From Phoronis australis (taxonomy: Eukaryota; Animalia; Phoronida), in assembly GCA_002633005.1 (NCBI GenBank), contig NMRA01000316.1:123901-177604 (forward strand): a stretch of DNA of 53,704 nucleotides. Direction: 5' to 3'. The notes under the pieces are model-generated. The model searched no databases. It was not told where the DNA came from and saw only the letters and a program-made list of their open reading frames with translations. Position 1 is the stretch's first letter. The number at the start of each line of letters is the position of its first letter. A program made the translations under genes and the position numbers. Shown one piece after another: positions 24,986 to 38,500 of the stretch.

Positions 24986-27900
24986 ATTCTAACGATCCCA
25001 CGAGAAAACGAGCATCAATATCCGGCAACTCCCCACACTAAACACAATGAAAGATGACAAGTGCTGTGATTTGTTGTCCCAATTCTACGTAGTATGTATC
25101 GACCAATAAAAGCTAATAAATCTAGATCAGCTGATAAACATATCGTTAGATGCTGTTTGCGGATGTTCTAATTTGAGAGCTGATTCGCTGGTGGGTTTTT
25201 TGGGTGTTTTTGATGTGAAATTAGTGGACCTACATGTAAGCACTTTCTTGTTAAGAAATGAATGTCATCCCAAAGATTAGACGCCAAAACGTTGCAAGCT
25301 GCATGACAGCTGCATTAGCCTGTTGGTGGGACAATCAAACGCAAATCCTTGGTACAAAGATGAAATAAAATCGATTACCATTTTGTTCTCATACTCTCTT
25401 CTCATGTTACCGAGTCCTTGATCTGACACAACCCACAAAAAAGCTGAAATTGTTAGTGCTTAACCTGTTTACACGATGCATCCACCTCTCGCTAAAGGGG
25501 TGAGCATCGCAGTCATTCTGCCAGACATCCTTCGCGAAATCAGAACGAAATTTAGATTTTTTGAGTCATGGACAATACAAGCTGTGTAACAATGTATGCA
25601 TCGCTTCTGAGTTGTGTACAGAAATACAAGTGTATAATGTAAAAAGGCATCTTAAATTAGACATAGATAATTATAAACAATTAATCGTCACTGTACATGT
25701 ATTTTACATCGATCCTGTTTGTTTTCATTTATTTATTAATGCTTATATGTACTACACCCGTCTTGATACAGTTGCACAATAACTGTACGGTCACGTGACA
25801 CGGTCATTGCACGGTAAGGCAAATATTTCGCTGAAATGTGGGTTAAATACATAAGAAGTGGTAAAATATGTTTGTCTTCAGGTTTCTTATCAAACTCTAT
25901 TGATGCGCAGACTAATTATGTTCACTCTGCCTCCAGCTTCACGGATATAATTAAGTCTTCACAGAAGCCTATTAGCCAACCGACAAGAACTCGACAAGAT
26001 TCCTAAATAAAATGTGGGTGACACCGTCATGTTACAAGCAAACAAAGCATATCACAAATATCTGAAACTGCCATTGATCACCGTTTGGGAAGTTCCCAAG
26101 CTCAAAATTAATAATTGGCAAAGTTATTATTTCTTTAAGTCACGCCTATTCTTTTGATACTTGGCTCATACTAATGGTATTGTATCGTATATATTGTACA
26201 GTATCTCAAAGGGTTTTTCTAGATCATATACTTGAAAATACATACCAAATTAAGTAATACGTAACCTGGTATTATTTTTTTCTTTTCTGCTATCACCTCA
26301 AGTCTCTTTGAGCACAGTTTTGTTCCTCGGTCGAGATCAGAAATTTATCAACTATTCCTGTCCATTTCCGTAACATACATGTACATGAAAATTCCTAATT
26401 GTTTATCAATTCAGGGATTCCTGAATATCAGCCATGTTGTCATTGAAAACGTATTGCAATCCTCTGAGCGTCAAATCGTTGTTATTGTTTGGTTATTTTT
26501 GATTTTCATACGGATTCTTTTGATACAAATTTGATTATCTACATGTATATCCTAGTTTGAGCTGTTTCTTCGCCTATTCCTACGCGTAGTATTTAATGCA
26601 ATCATAAGTTTGCAACACTAGAATTGCCCTGACTCATTGTGAGGTACGTCAAACTTTAACAAGAGTACTCGTTCTGGTAATAAGTGAGAGGAAAACTTTT
26701 TAAACAGGTCAGTGTCTCTTCTTTATCAGCATATCGCAAAACTAATGCAAAGTACATGAACCATCAATTGCCGTTACTACTTGGTAACAAATTGGAAGCG
26801 GTCTGAATGGCCGTCGTCAAAAGTATTGAAAATGCACATTGGCCAAAAGGTGATGCCGAACGGGAGGGAAGCGTGTATTGAACTGCAATATATGAGGTGA
26901 ATTATTCTAATGTCAGGTGCAAAATGTAGTAGTTTTTTTTTAATATTTTGATTACACGAATTCAGCTTTTAAATGCCCTAGGAGGCCAAGTGTTCATGTT
27001 GCTCGTGGCAGTGTTGTCCGGGGCCAAGCGGCCGTGCTCTGGTAGTAGCCTATAGGAATACTTCAGAATGAATGAAACTTCTTTGTTATACTTTAAACTC
27101 ATAATACTTATATGTGTGATGTACTATTTAGAAATATATCAAGCTTTCCCTTTAAAGGTTTCGTTGCCAGCAATGGAAGTTCTAATACCTAGGTCTGACA
27201 AAGTCATCGGCGAACACGGTGGAAAATTGGAAATTTCTCCATTTTCCTATTGTGTGAAAATTCAACATTTTATGCATTACGTGATAATAGCTTTCTGTCA
27301 CTACCATCTTCAAGAATGGATGATTTTCCTGCTTATATAAAACAGCCGTTGGTCTCTGCCGAGGCAGATGAATCTTAGTTTTCCCTGTTTAAATTTATTT
27401 TCAGTATATTCGCCAGTTGTCAGTATATTCTTACTGCCTACCAATGTTACCTAATTATTTTAATACTGTATGTTCGTCGTTACGTTTATACTGTTTACCC
27501 AAGTTAGTTTTCCCATGTACAACACCTTGTTTAGTCCAGTCAAATAGACAGCTTTATCATTCAATCGGTCCTGAACGAATATCACTTCCGACTCAGCGAA
27601 AAATCTCAGTAAAATGGCCGATTATCACGTGACTCCAGTTCGTGACAAGAAGTGGTGTTAATTGGGCATTAGACACCCGTAGACGCAGTAAACCACGATT
27701 TTCGTTTCGTGTTATCTATTGCTATTGGCAAAAATGCTAACGAAGCGCTGACAGCAGCACTAAATTGCCGTCGCCAAAGTGCGGGCCTGTTTGCCAAACA
27801 TTTTGGTGCGCGTTGCGATTCCACAGATTGGTTTGGAGAATTCCATTTGTTACAGACGTACATGTAGAATCAAAGAAATTTAACCAAGAGAGTCAAGTTT

Positions 27901-28998
27901 TGTCCTGAGACGAGTGACCCGAGTTTTGCTCACTGCGTTCGGGAACGATCAGCATTGATTGGCGTCAGAGCTTCAGATGTTGAGCCCGTACCCTCAGCGA
28001 GAGACGGCTGTACACTATTAATTTTTAAAATGGTGCTTTCACACACGCGACTAAGTTGTTTTGGCAATCGTGTAAAAGGTAAAGCGTTCCAGCAACTTCG
28101 AATAAAAAATGTCCTCCGGTAAATTTTAGTGGAGCTACGTTGATTTGAACAGTGAAAGTCAAACAATTAGCACAATGCGTTCTGCATGCAATTGAACTGC
28201 TTTCTGGAGAAACCCCAGACTTTTACTTTGTGTAATCGAGTGGGCACAACACCGTGTCTCAGAAAGAAATTCCATAACTCAAAGCGGCTCGTTTAGCATT
28301 AGGAGAAAACTTGGCTGCGGTGTGACTAAGGTAACTAGTTCCTAGTTCGAATTATGTAAACTCAACGATTCAAGATGATTTTGAATACAGTTAACGGGAT
28401 ATGGGATGGGTACAATTCTCAAGATGTCAGTGGCTATACAGACGGACTCGAAGTCTGACAAGAGAGACTAAATATTTCAATATATTCCAACGTATGATTT
28501 AAACACGAAATTCGTTGCAAAAGCTGATATGCACACGATAAGGTTAGACGGAAATGGACGAAGTTTTTTTATCGGGTGAGCTTTTTCCCAAGTGAGCAAA
28601 CATGCGTCGCTGGAACCACAAATATCGTGAACTGAACTCACATGCTCACACCATTCCTCAAGATATTGAAAAAACGGAAGACCAAAAGCCAATCTAAAAG
28701 ATGCAGTTTAAGTCTCGGCTCGTGCGTCGACCACAACGAAAAGGATTTTCAGAGCGATATACTTGGTCACTCGTCCAAATGAATCTTTCATTACGAGAAT
28801 CTCACAAACGTTCAATACTTTTTAGAGAAATCTATAAGCAGCCTAGCTTTAAACATGTTTAGCAATAATTAAATGTATTGATAAAATCAGTCTGTAATAC
28901 TTTAAGCAGTAACAAAAGGCCTTTTTGTGATCGGATGTTTCAAAGAAACAATACATTGTTACTGACCATCGCCGCACAAATGAAAAACTGCATTTCCA

Positions 28999-29035
28999 AT
29001 CAGCGTTTCGTCTATTCATTAGACATCATCAGGAT
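28999..29035 (-). ncRNA. Minimal type I hammerhead-ribozyme-like motif, second copy
   Basis: Minus strand atc-CTGATGA-T-GTCTA-atgaa-TAGAC-GAAA-CG-CT-gat; homologous to 1123-1159. Confidence 0.5.
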
Positions 29036-29917
29036 AATTATTTACAAATGACAGCAAGTGCCAACATACATCATGTACACCTCAGGTAACATCCATAAAC
29101 TGAAGTGAGAAATACATGGAATATAGTCAGTAGCAGGTCATAACCAAAGTTGCAGGGTCACTGAGCTCTGCATGTTATTCAGAGAATCAGTTGCATACAG
29201 AGGAGCACGTTTTTTAACTCTGAAATCGGGGAGCAGTATACCCAAGTGTTTTGAATTCATATAAACAAAACACAAATTGCACACCTGATTTTTCATTCAT
29301 TAACGCGATCAAACATGTCCTTGCAGATTTGCTTCGGAGTGCGTAGGACTTTTAATTTCAATATTTTATTCTCAAGGTATTCTTAAATTCCAAAATGTCA
29401 AACGACAATTTGAAATCTCGTAATGGAGTTTCAGAAGTCCAATTCCTTCCATCTAAGTTGAATAACAAACAAATGCTGGTAGGTGAGGCTAACATAATGA
29501 GTTCATATCTCACACTTAGCTTGAACCAGTTACGCACTTTTTCCATATTAGATAAGCACAGCTATGGATTTTGATAAACAGAACACACGTCAATGTACTC
29601 GTCAACCTCTCTTCACCTGGTCAAAAACCTTATGCACAGGTACATTTAGAGAATGAGAAGTTTTGAGTAATTTCACACCATGCTAAACCCTATAGATGAG
29701 CAGAGAAAATGTGTTCTCTCTTGTACAATGTATTTTCGACCCCTTCACTCCTAAGAAAAGAAAGAGGCAAAAAAAACAACAAATCGGCGCTTCCCTGCCG
29801 ATGCCTGACTAAAGCCAACATTAGATTCTTAATTTCAAATCTCCTACTGATTCCAAAAACATGGTCCAAAAATATTGGCAACTAACTATTTTTTTGCAAA
29901 TATGGCTTGTTTGAGTG

Positions 29918-30661
29918 TGTCATAGTCTGACAGTATTTTTAGTTGCATTGTTTTGTTTTGTTACTCTGTTTGATTGGCATGACCCCTGAGTTAAGTACAG
30001 TGATAATGTAATTTGTTGACTACAATATAGTGTGGAACTTTCTAGAAGACTGAGGTCAGAACAGTGATGATGTAATTTGCTTACTACAGTATAGTGTGGA
30101 ACTTTCTAGAAGACTCTAGCATGACGGTGATTAATGCAGTCTGGAATATTCTAGAGACTAGTATATGTTTGTAGAATAGTTGGGTAGATTCAGGAAAGTT
30201 CTAGAATGTGCTTGAATTGATGAAAAGTTCCAGAACAATGCAGTAGGCTCTAAATACACAAGCACGGGTTTGTGTTAGGAAGATCAAGTCAGTTCAAGAG
30301 AAGATCGAGTCAGTTAAAGAGAAGATCAAGTCAGTTAATCGATGAGTTCAAGTAAGTTAATCAGGAGAACTGCAGTTGAGTTGCAGTGAAGAGAATCAGC
30401 AGTTACAGCGATAATCAATAGAGAGCCAGCTATAGAGACAGCAGGTTATTGAACAGACGAGTGTAACAGTTGCTGAACGTGTCTCAGAAGTATATCACAA
30501 GTCAAGGCTTTGCAGCACTGGCTGGAGCATAGAACAGACATTACGTCGGACGTTTTGTTTGAGTAGGCTTGTGAACGTACGGTCGGGATTAATAAAGGAT
30601 TAACTCGAACCAGTCTTCAGTCAATCGTCGCACCGAAAGCTATTAGCACCGGTCTGTAACA
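29918..30661 (+). mobile_element. Solo-LTR-like segment
   Basis: TGTCATAG...CTGTAACA inverted termini; AATAAA at 30591-30596; internal ~63-bp and 21-bp tandem repeats. No TSD, PBS or PPT seen. Confidence 0.6.
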
Positions 30662-31789
30662 ACCTGCGTCCACCCACACACGGGGGAGAACGTGAAAGAG
30701 TGCAACCTAAAAGTGCAGCCAATTTCTCAGTCCCTACCCAGCCTTAAATAATTGCAACAGGGCGTTGCCATTTTGAAGAAGAGTGCGGTTACAATCGAGC
30801 AAGTAGTCTTTTTTCACTGACAACAGCTCAGAAATACAAATACACCACATTCACTGAGCCTACAGTGTACATGCAATTCCTTCTTCAAATGCCCCAAGCC
30901 TGGCATACATGAACCCCTCGATTTCATATTTTGGGACTGCAAATTGGGTGCGGCCGCAGGCTAACCGTTCAGTGCCACTTAACAACAGTTGATGGATTTT
31001 GATGCTGGAAGTGTAATGCACCATGGATAATTAGGTGCGCGTACCTAGCCCTGAATGTCATCAGTACCCTACGCGAATTGCTTATGGTTATTCGGTTAAG
31101 AGGTGCCGATTGACCACTTTCGACGCCGACTCTTAACTGATGCTTCCAATAATCAATTGGCCGATGGAAAACCTGGGCCCTGAACCTAATCCTTGTACTA
31201 GAAACGAACTCGAAATTATTTTTGGTAATTTCTCTGCTAATTTTGTGCAAACTTAAGATAAGTGGTTATTGGACTGTGCTCGCATACATTATAATTTACG
31301 CATATGAGTTTCTAATCCAAGTTTGCACTTGATGAACCTTATATTCGTGCAATAAACTGGAGTACAAACTCGAAATTTTGAGTTCCAACTCGAACTTTTA
31401 GCTTTAATATTGGGTTTATCAACTGCAAACCAAGACTAATCATTATACACGTTATTCATTATCTACTCGAGCATAGAATAATAGACACTTATCTTGAGTT
31501 CGCATAAAAGTAGAGTAGAAAATGACAAGCGTAATTTCGAATTCCATTTCTAGTAAAAAGATTAGGACGTTGGGGGCTTTACGTGAAAAAGTCAGTGAGT
31601 TTATAAAACAGTTTTGAATAACATCATGTATAAAACATTTTGACCTACATGTATGTGCACTTTACTGTAGCCTAATTATATTTGTCGTTTTTCTGGTCAT
31701 TTACAAGCTTCACATCGTTCTTAGAAGTGCGAGTACCGTATCTAGTACAGTCCAATCATGGTGTGCATTTCGAAACGATTTTCCAGGTA

Positions 31790-31850
31790 TACGGCGGGGT
31801 TTGAGCCTGAGAACCTTCTCATCACTAAGCCACCAAGCCACCGCTGCTCT
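31790..31850 (-). mobile_element. tRNA-derived SINE head fragment
   Basis: Minus strand has A-box-like tggcttggtgg and B-box-like ggctcaaaccc; no full cloverleaf. Confidence 0.45.
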
Positions 31851-32368
31851 TCGATGATAGTTTGCTGTACATATAAACATGTACTGTGTCTTTATTACGG
31901 TAAATACTGTATCTTATATCTGTTTCAATGAAACACCGTACGTTCAAAACAGATCTTAGAGAATGTGTTGCTCAGCATAATTCCAAAAGCCGGGACACCG
32001 CCATATTGATCGCGTGGTCATGAGGCTTCAAACTATAGAATACTGGTCGTGACCTCAGTAAATATAGTCAAAAATATCTACATGTAAAGGGTAAAGTATA
32101 CCACATATAATGAATAAAAGTCATCAGCTTCGCATAGACTGATGTCATATTAAAATAGTTCTAGTTCTTCATTTTACACGTGACACGTCGCCTTTGAAAG
32201 ATCAACACCAACGCATATCGTACCAAGATCAAATCAACATTGAAATGAAGCTACCAAAAAGGCTCCGGCTGATGCACTGATCACAGTTTCGGTACAAGAA
32301 CGAGCAAAGACAATAGCGAGTTTGAAAACATGCTTACGAGATCAAGAGTATGTCAAATTTTCACTGCG

Positions 32369-32374
32369 TTTATT
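32369..32374 (-). terminator. Candidate polyadenylation signal of CPVL-B
   Basis: AATAAA on the minus strand (tttatt on plus), ~55 nt after the stop codon. Confidence 0.6.
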
Positions 32375-32427
32375 GATAAGATTTTATACACATACTGTAA
32401 TAGTTATACTGACAGAATATTCTGAAG

Positions 32428-32532
32428 TCAAGCATCTCCGAAGTTGTCTCCCTCTATGAACCTGCGTACTAAGTCCCATGATCTCTCTGGCTGGTCGTAG
32501 GGAGTGAGGTGTCCAGCTCCCTTAATCACCGC
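32428..32532 (-). CDS. CPVL: CPVL-B coding exon 12 (catalytic His, stop)
   Basis: [34 protein letters not shown]; TGA at 32428-32430. Confidence 0.95.
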   Translation of the reverse strand, partial: AVIKGAGHLTPYDQPERSWDLVRRFIEGDNFGDA

Positions 32533-35500
32533 CTAAACACAAAAGAAAATAGCTATTTGTCCTTTTGCATAGCTGTTTTTTNNNNNNNNNNNNNNNNNNN
32601 NNNNNNNNNNNNNNNNNNNNNNNNNNNNNNNNNNNNNNNNNNNNNNNNNNNNNNNNNNNNNNNNNNNNNNNNNNNNNNNNNNNNNNNNNNNNNNNNNNNN
32701 NNNNNNNNNNNNNNNNNNNNNNNNNNNNNNNNNNNNNNNNNNNNNNNNNNNNNNNNNNNNNNNNNNNNNNNNNNNNNNNNNNNNNNNNNNNNNNNNNNNN
32801 NNNNNNNNNNNNNNNNNNNNNNNNNNNNNNNNNNNNNNNNNNNNNNNNNNNNNNNNNNNNNNNNNNNNNNNNNNNNNNNNNNNNNNNNNNNNNNNNNNNN
32901 NNNNNNNNGCCCTCGGTCACACGGTCACTGATCATAGTTACGCTGTGTTTACAAACGAGAGAAAGGACTTGCTTGGTATTATAAAGCAAAAAAATGAAAC
33001 ATGGTTTTTAGTTTGCAAATCACTCCAAATGCACACAGTATCCAGCCTGCTCAAGACATGCCTGACCACAACCTATCCCATGAGCCTTCGCGAAGGAAGT
33101 AACTCGCACATGCGCAATGCGTAATTCGTCTGCGCTGCAAATCCGCTATTGTGCCGGCCTATTTTACACTCACAAAAAAATTTTCGATGATCGCAAGTTT
33201 TAAATTATTCGGGTTAAAGAGCAAGCTTTTTTGAATAATAAGCCACAGACTTTCAGGATACACAACTGATGTTCGAAATAGGAAAACCAGCTAGTCAAAT
33301 GCACAACCCTAACACATCTCAACTCCTTTTGGCAAGACAGCATGTTTTTACATATTGTCTTGAATACCTGGTGTAAGTTGCCTGCCACGGTGACATATCC
33401 GGCCACGTCTGCTTCAGGGCCTGCGACCCTCCAAATTGTCCGGTTAGCTTCCTTGTACAGGTCACTACCCCTCCAGGACATACTCTTCAGAAATGATTCT
33501 GTGAGCGGGTAAGCGACGATGACATCCAGCTGGCCATTGTAAAATAAAGTCTGAAGTGGTAAAATATAATTTTAATACACAGTCACGTGGTTTTTGTTAT
33601 CATGAACACGACACAAATCTGGGTACATAAAATGAGCCAGATGCTATTCACAAAGATTTGAATAATTTGGAACATAAACTCAGCTAAGACATGTACATGA
33701 CTAGCCAAAATGAAAAATTACGATGGCTCCGAAAACGTAATTTCTATCTGGAACGCATGAGAACTGCTCAAAGCAATCAGGTCACCTAGAAAATGAAAGC
33801 GCCGATAACTCCATGTCATTTACTATTTGGCAAATATAGTCACAAGTACTAAACATTTGTGACAGTTAAATCACCACAGACTACATTAATGAATTCCATC
33901 ACCAACTGGATTCGCCATAGTGATGCAAAGAACTGCACGCCGAAATCATGATCAAAGGCAGCCGTTAATGTTTGTCTTCCCAGCATCTAAAAATATGAAC
34001 GAATTTTAATTCTTTGTTTTTCTTAAGGTGTTCTTAAATTCCCAGTGTTCAAAATTGGTTTGAAACCGCGTTCTAGTGTTTCAAAAGACCCCACTCGTCC
34101 CTGACTTCTTGGGAAAGCGTTAAGTGAACTATTTTGTTTTTTTTTAGCCTTTCCTTCCATATTCTTCTTCATTAAAACATGTTGCATTTCCAACTGAAAA
34201 AAATATTTTGTCGAGTACTAACTGAATTATTTTGAGACGCGAACATACTGTATGCATGCAGCTTATGGTTAGTCATGCGAGCAAAACTTAGACTAAATTT
34301 ACCCCTTACCTAAACGTTCTACGTGAGAACTAATGTCTTACCCTGATCCCTGCATCTAATATTTCGATAATCCACGGCTTGACTGACTGCATAAAGTCTT
34401 GCTTCAAGACTTCAAATACATTGAGGTCACCAAAAGTGAGATTACCAACATGAAGAGCTCGCCGAATTTCTGGTCTAGAAAACACTCGGTAGTAGTGATA
34501 TCGCGTGGGCGGCACCTAGAGGAAGTAGCAATAAGATAAAAACAGACACACTCCTTTTTTATAGGTGTATACATAGGCAAGAGTGCAGAGGAAGCTTTAT
34601 TGAAACTTCACTAATTATGTGATAACTATCGTTGCTTTGCCCCTTTCCAAATCCTTTCTTGGCATGTGAAATCAATGCGGTGTGTGATTAATCGGAGCTA
34701 CATGTACATGAATATCGCATTTAGTTTGCATATGCATGTTAGGTGTGCAATGGATATGATGCCCCGTTTCCACTGCAAACTCACTCCCAGCCCATTCCAA
34801 ATACTGAAGTCATGGAGTGTTTACTTAAATTCTCGAGTGAAATGGCTATTACGGAAATTCAAAGCAAAGATTTTGTTTTCTCGTCCCAATTTTTTTGTTC
34901 CTGAGTGATTTCCGTAATTGTTTTGGGACAACAGGAAAACCGTCCACAGCTGACTCTCGGTCCTTGTAAGACATTCTTCCCGTTAAAACATTTAATGTGT
35001 GATCTGAAATAATTTCATGTGTTGTCTAACAGGATTTAAATGTGATGAAAAGTGACGATTAGTAGCAAAGGCATACGATTTTTTTCATAAAGGACTGTCT
35101 TTACAGCAATATATTTAAATTGTTTTACAAGTAAATATTGTGAAGAATGCTTTTAGAGCTCCCAGCTTGACATATTTCCACTAATAACGATATCAATGCA
35201 ATAACTAACGAAATCCACTAATGCAACCACAGAACACGAGAAAATGTAATGTACATTGAGTTAAACACTAAAACAAGACTCTGCCTTTCCGTTATTTACC
35301 TGTGTGTTGAGAAAATTCAAAAACTGAGTCATGCCAGTCACATTCGTGAAATAGGACGGAAACGACAAGCCAAAGAAAAGTTGGTCCATTAACTGTAAAA
35401 AGGAGCCATCGTAATTACAGACATGACTATTCTCACAGGAAAACATATGCTCACTCGATACAGTATGGGTGTGAAAAAGTTATTTAAAAGAAATTAGCTG

Positions 35501-38500
35501 GGGTTGGGGGGGCAAGTCAAACAACACGCTACGCAGATTCAGTCAAACGCTCCGCAGGTGAGAAAACTTTCACATGATGGATATACTTAAACGGCCAAAA
35601 ACACTGGCCTTGATGCGTAGCACACAAGGATTGGTAATCTACAATACAATCACAAAAACACAATGCATTATGTTGTTTCCTGTTTCCGGTAAGAGACAAT
35701 GACTTCAAAAGTCTACTTCATCCTGCGATACACTCAATTTTTTCTGTCGCAAAATGTGATAATGTCCTAATGATCACATTTATTTTTGGTCAAAATATGA
35801 ATACGAAATTTAAAACCAGCTTCTATGAAAAATATCGAAATATAGATCGACGTTTCAGTTTATTGTCTCTAAACCATTTCCCAAGGCAAAAGAAAAAAAA
35901 ACATTCACAGTTTTCCAATCAAGTGACACAGGTGGAGAACAGACTGTACAGGCACACCTCAAAATGCGTTGTGGGGGGAACAGACTTTCAAATGGAATGG
36001 CAAACATGATGCTTGGAAACAGAGTCAAAGAACACGGTTAAGATACTCATACAGTGCTGCTTTTAATCATTCATCGACAACTGGTCACAATATAGATTAC
36101 TCTGGTGTTCAAATCTTGGATAAGGAGAATGCCACCCTCAGGATCCTCATAAAGGAGATATATTGTTGAACGATGCTGAGCGTTCCAGTGCTTGACAATT
36201 TAAAAGTTTGCTCGTATACCTACAAAGTAATACGAAGATTGATGATAGTTTCTGAAAATTAAGTTAACATTAAAAATAGACTGACATTACGAACTTTTCA
36301 TTGTGCTTTCGTTTTGTCTGAACTTACATCAAATGCCTCTGCAAACTTCTCATCCTTTATGAAACGAACCATTCCTGCAGTGTATCCTTTTATTTGCTCC
36401 CTCTGTCGTTCGTTGACCAGACCCGCATTGTACACAAAGTCCCCGTAGTCAAGCATCTGCAAAGAAGCGTACAAAGTCATGTACTGCTCGGGAAGCTTAA
36501 GAATTGTGGTGTGTTGTGGTGTGCACAAGACTGCGCTAGCATTTTAGCCAACACCCGCAAAACGGCAGTCATTCGTGAAATGGTTGAACGGTTGAATTCT
36601 GGGAAAAACGTACAGTCTCTCGTCACCAGTGTATATAACGTTGCGGAATGTGATTCTCGTATTCATTCACAAACCTACATGTAGAATTTATGATAGCCTG
36701 TCTGTTCACTGCAGTAGGTTAGTGGCAACAGAACGTACAGACTTAAATGGGAGCTAACGAAAACATGGTGCAGGTACAGTACATATAAATGTACATGTAT
36801 CTGTCGTTGTGCAATCACAAATCTCAGAAGGATAAATTGCTGTCCTGTAGAACCCAGTCTGTGGTAACGAACCGTCACTGCTTTCATGCATGCATGCAAA
36901 CATATTTAAGAGATACATGTACATGCATCGTATAATGTACGTGCGATGGTACAAAACTCTAATCCGTACACCAGGAATAAACTTGCTCAAAGCTCATAAA
37001 GTACAGAAAATATTCAAAATGTGTTGTTGATTTGATCTATCTTAACTGGAGTGATTCTATATTGTTTGAATAACATATACTGAACATGCATGTCCTTGTA
37101 CCGTGATAGGGTCACAGAATCCATCCTCAATGGTCATTCCTTTCAAGTTGATTGCACTATTCTTCTTGGAGATTTCCGTCATCAGTTTGTGGGTTATGGC
37201 AGGAACGTATTTTCCCGCGTACGACTGCAAGGACAAATGCTCTAGTCATAGTTTGCAGTTACATGTATTTAAAATACCACACATCATTTCATTTAAACTA
37301 AGAGTGTTCTCTGTTCAAAACCCACTTGATAAAGGTATAGTTACATTTAAACTTTTCAGGCAATGCATGAAGATGTTGACGCACGCATGTCTAATTGGTA
37401 CGAGAACCACAATGTGACAGGGCATTTTAAAAATGTTAATGTCATTTAACCAATTAACGACATTTTAACAGCCAATAAAGAAAAACAACTAGTATGTAGA
37501 AAAATGAAGCTCACCTCTCCGGATATATAAAAGTCGTTCTTGAGGTACTCATGAAATATGGTAAAAAACTGTGTTAAGGCGCTGAAAAATCAGGAAGTAA
37601 AGAAGCAGTTACAGTGTAAATGTGTTCAGAAAATCAAAGTGAAAATCATTGCACGCAACGTTCGTGCATTACATTGTATTTATTATAATATTATTCAAAA
37701 GGGAAACCAATTGGTTTAGTATCTTTTTATGAAATTATTTTCTGGTTATCTTTAATATATTTGATCAATTCTTTTATGTTCTAAACAATTTCCAGGCCAC
37801 ATGACGTCGTATAGAGGCCGCAAGGTATTGTTTAATTTGCAAAATCTATGCCACGAGGGGTAGGCGCTACGCATGGTGAGCGCCTGCGGGACACTTCCGT
37901 TGTTTTCCTTTGTTGCGTCTTTGTTGGACATAGCACTACAAGTCGCATGAGTATCGTACCTTGGGCCTACACCGGCCTACACCAACGATAAATGCTTGTC
38001 ATTACCTTTCTTACAAGAAAGAAAAAAGTGAACGATGGACACACGTATCTATCGATATCTATGCGACGAGCTTGCAATCAATTTTTCCGTGGCTCCATGT
38101 TTCATTCCGGAAGTCATATTCAACGCCCGAATCGTTATCCGCAATCCTTGTTTGTGCTACGGCTCATTGTGGACATCTGTTGCGTGTATATTGTATACCG
38201 CTGTGCATGTGTATTGTCTTAAAATTGTCCTCAATATTTGCCGTCGTCGAGTATTCTCGGACAAACATGGTTGGACCTAGAACTCAGCTGAGTGACAATT
38301 AGCCATTTCAATGCACGAGAAGTAGCTGGAATCGGTGACCAAAAAAACCCGAATTACATGTACGTTGGTGAACCGGTGCTGGTTGGTGGTCCTAATTTGC
38401 ACAAGCAAGGGTAACACCAATTTCGTTGCCTTTAATCACTACAGCAATTGAAGCTCGATACTTTTGCAAATAAATAAATCATCTAGGTAACCACGGAGAA

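Noticed and set aside
24612-25028. 138-, 104- and 75-aa ORFs
   Set aside because: They arise from the low-complexity GA tract and palindromes, which lack stop codons.
26700-27392. Third TTAA-flanked element
   Set aside because: Only ttaaacagg / cctgtttaa match, which is too short to support without other copies.
31790-31850. tRNA gene
   Set aside because: Only degenerate A/B boxes are present, with no acceptor or anticodon stems; treated as a SINE head.
32509-32989. 140-155-aa ORFs
   Set aside because: They are open only because they cross the N gap.
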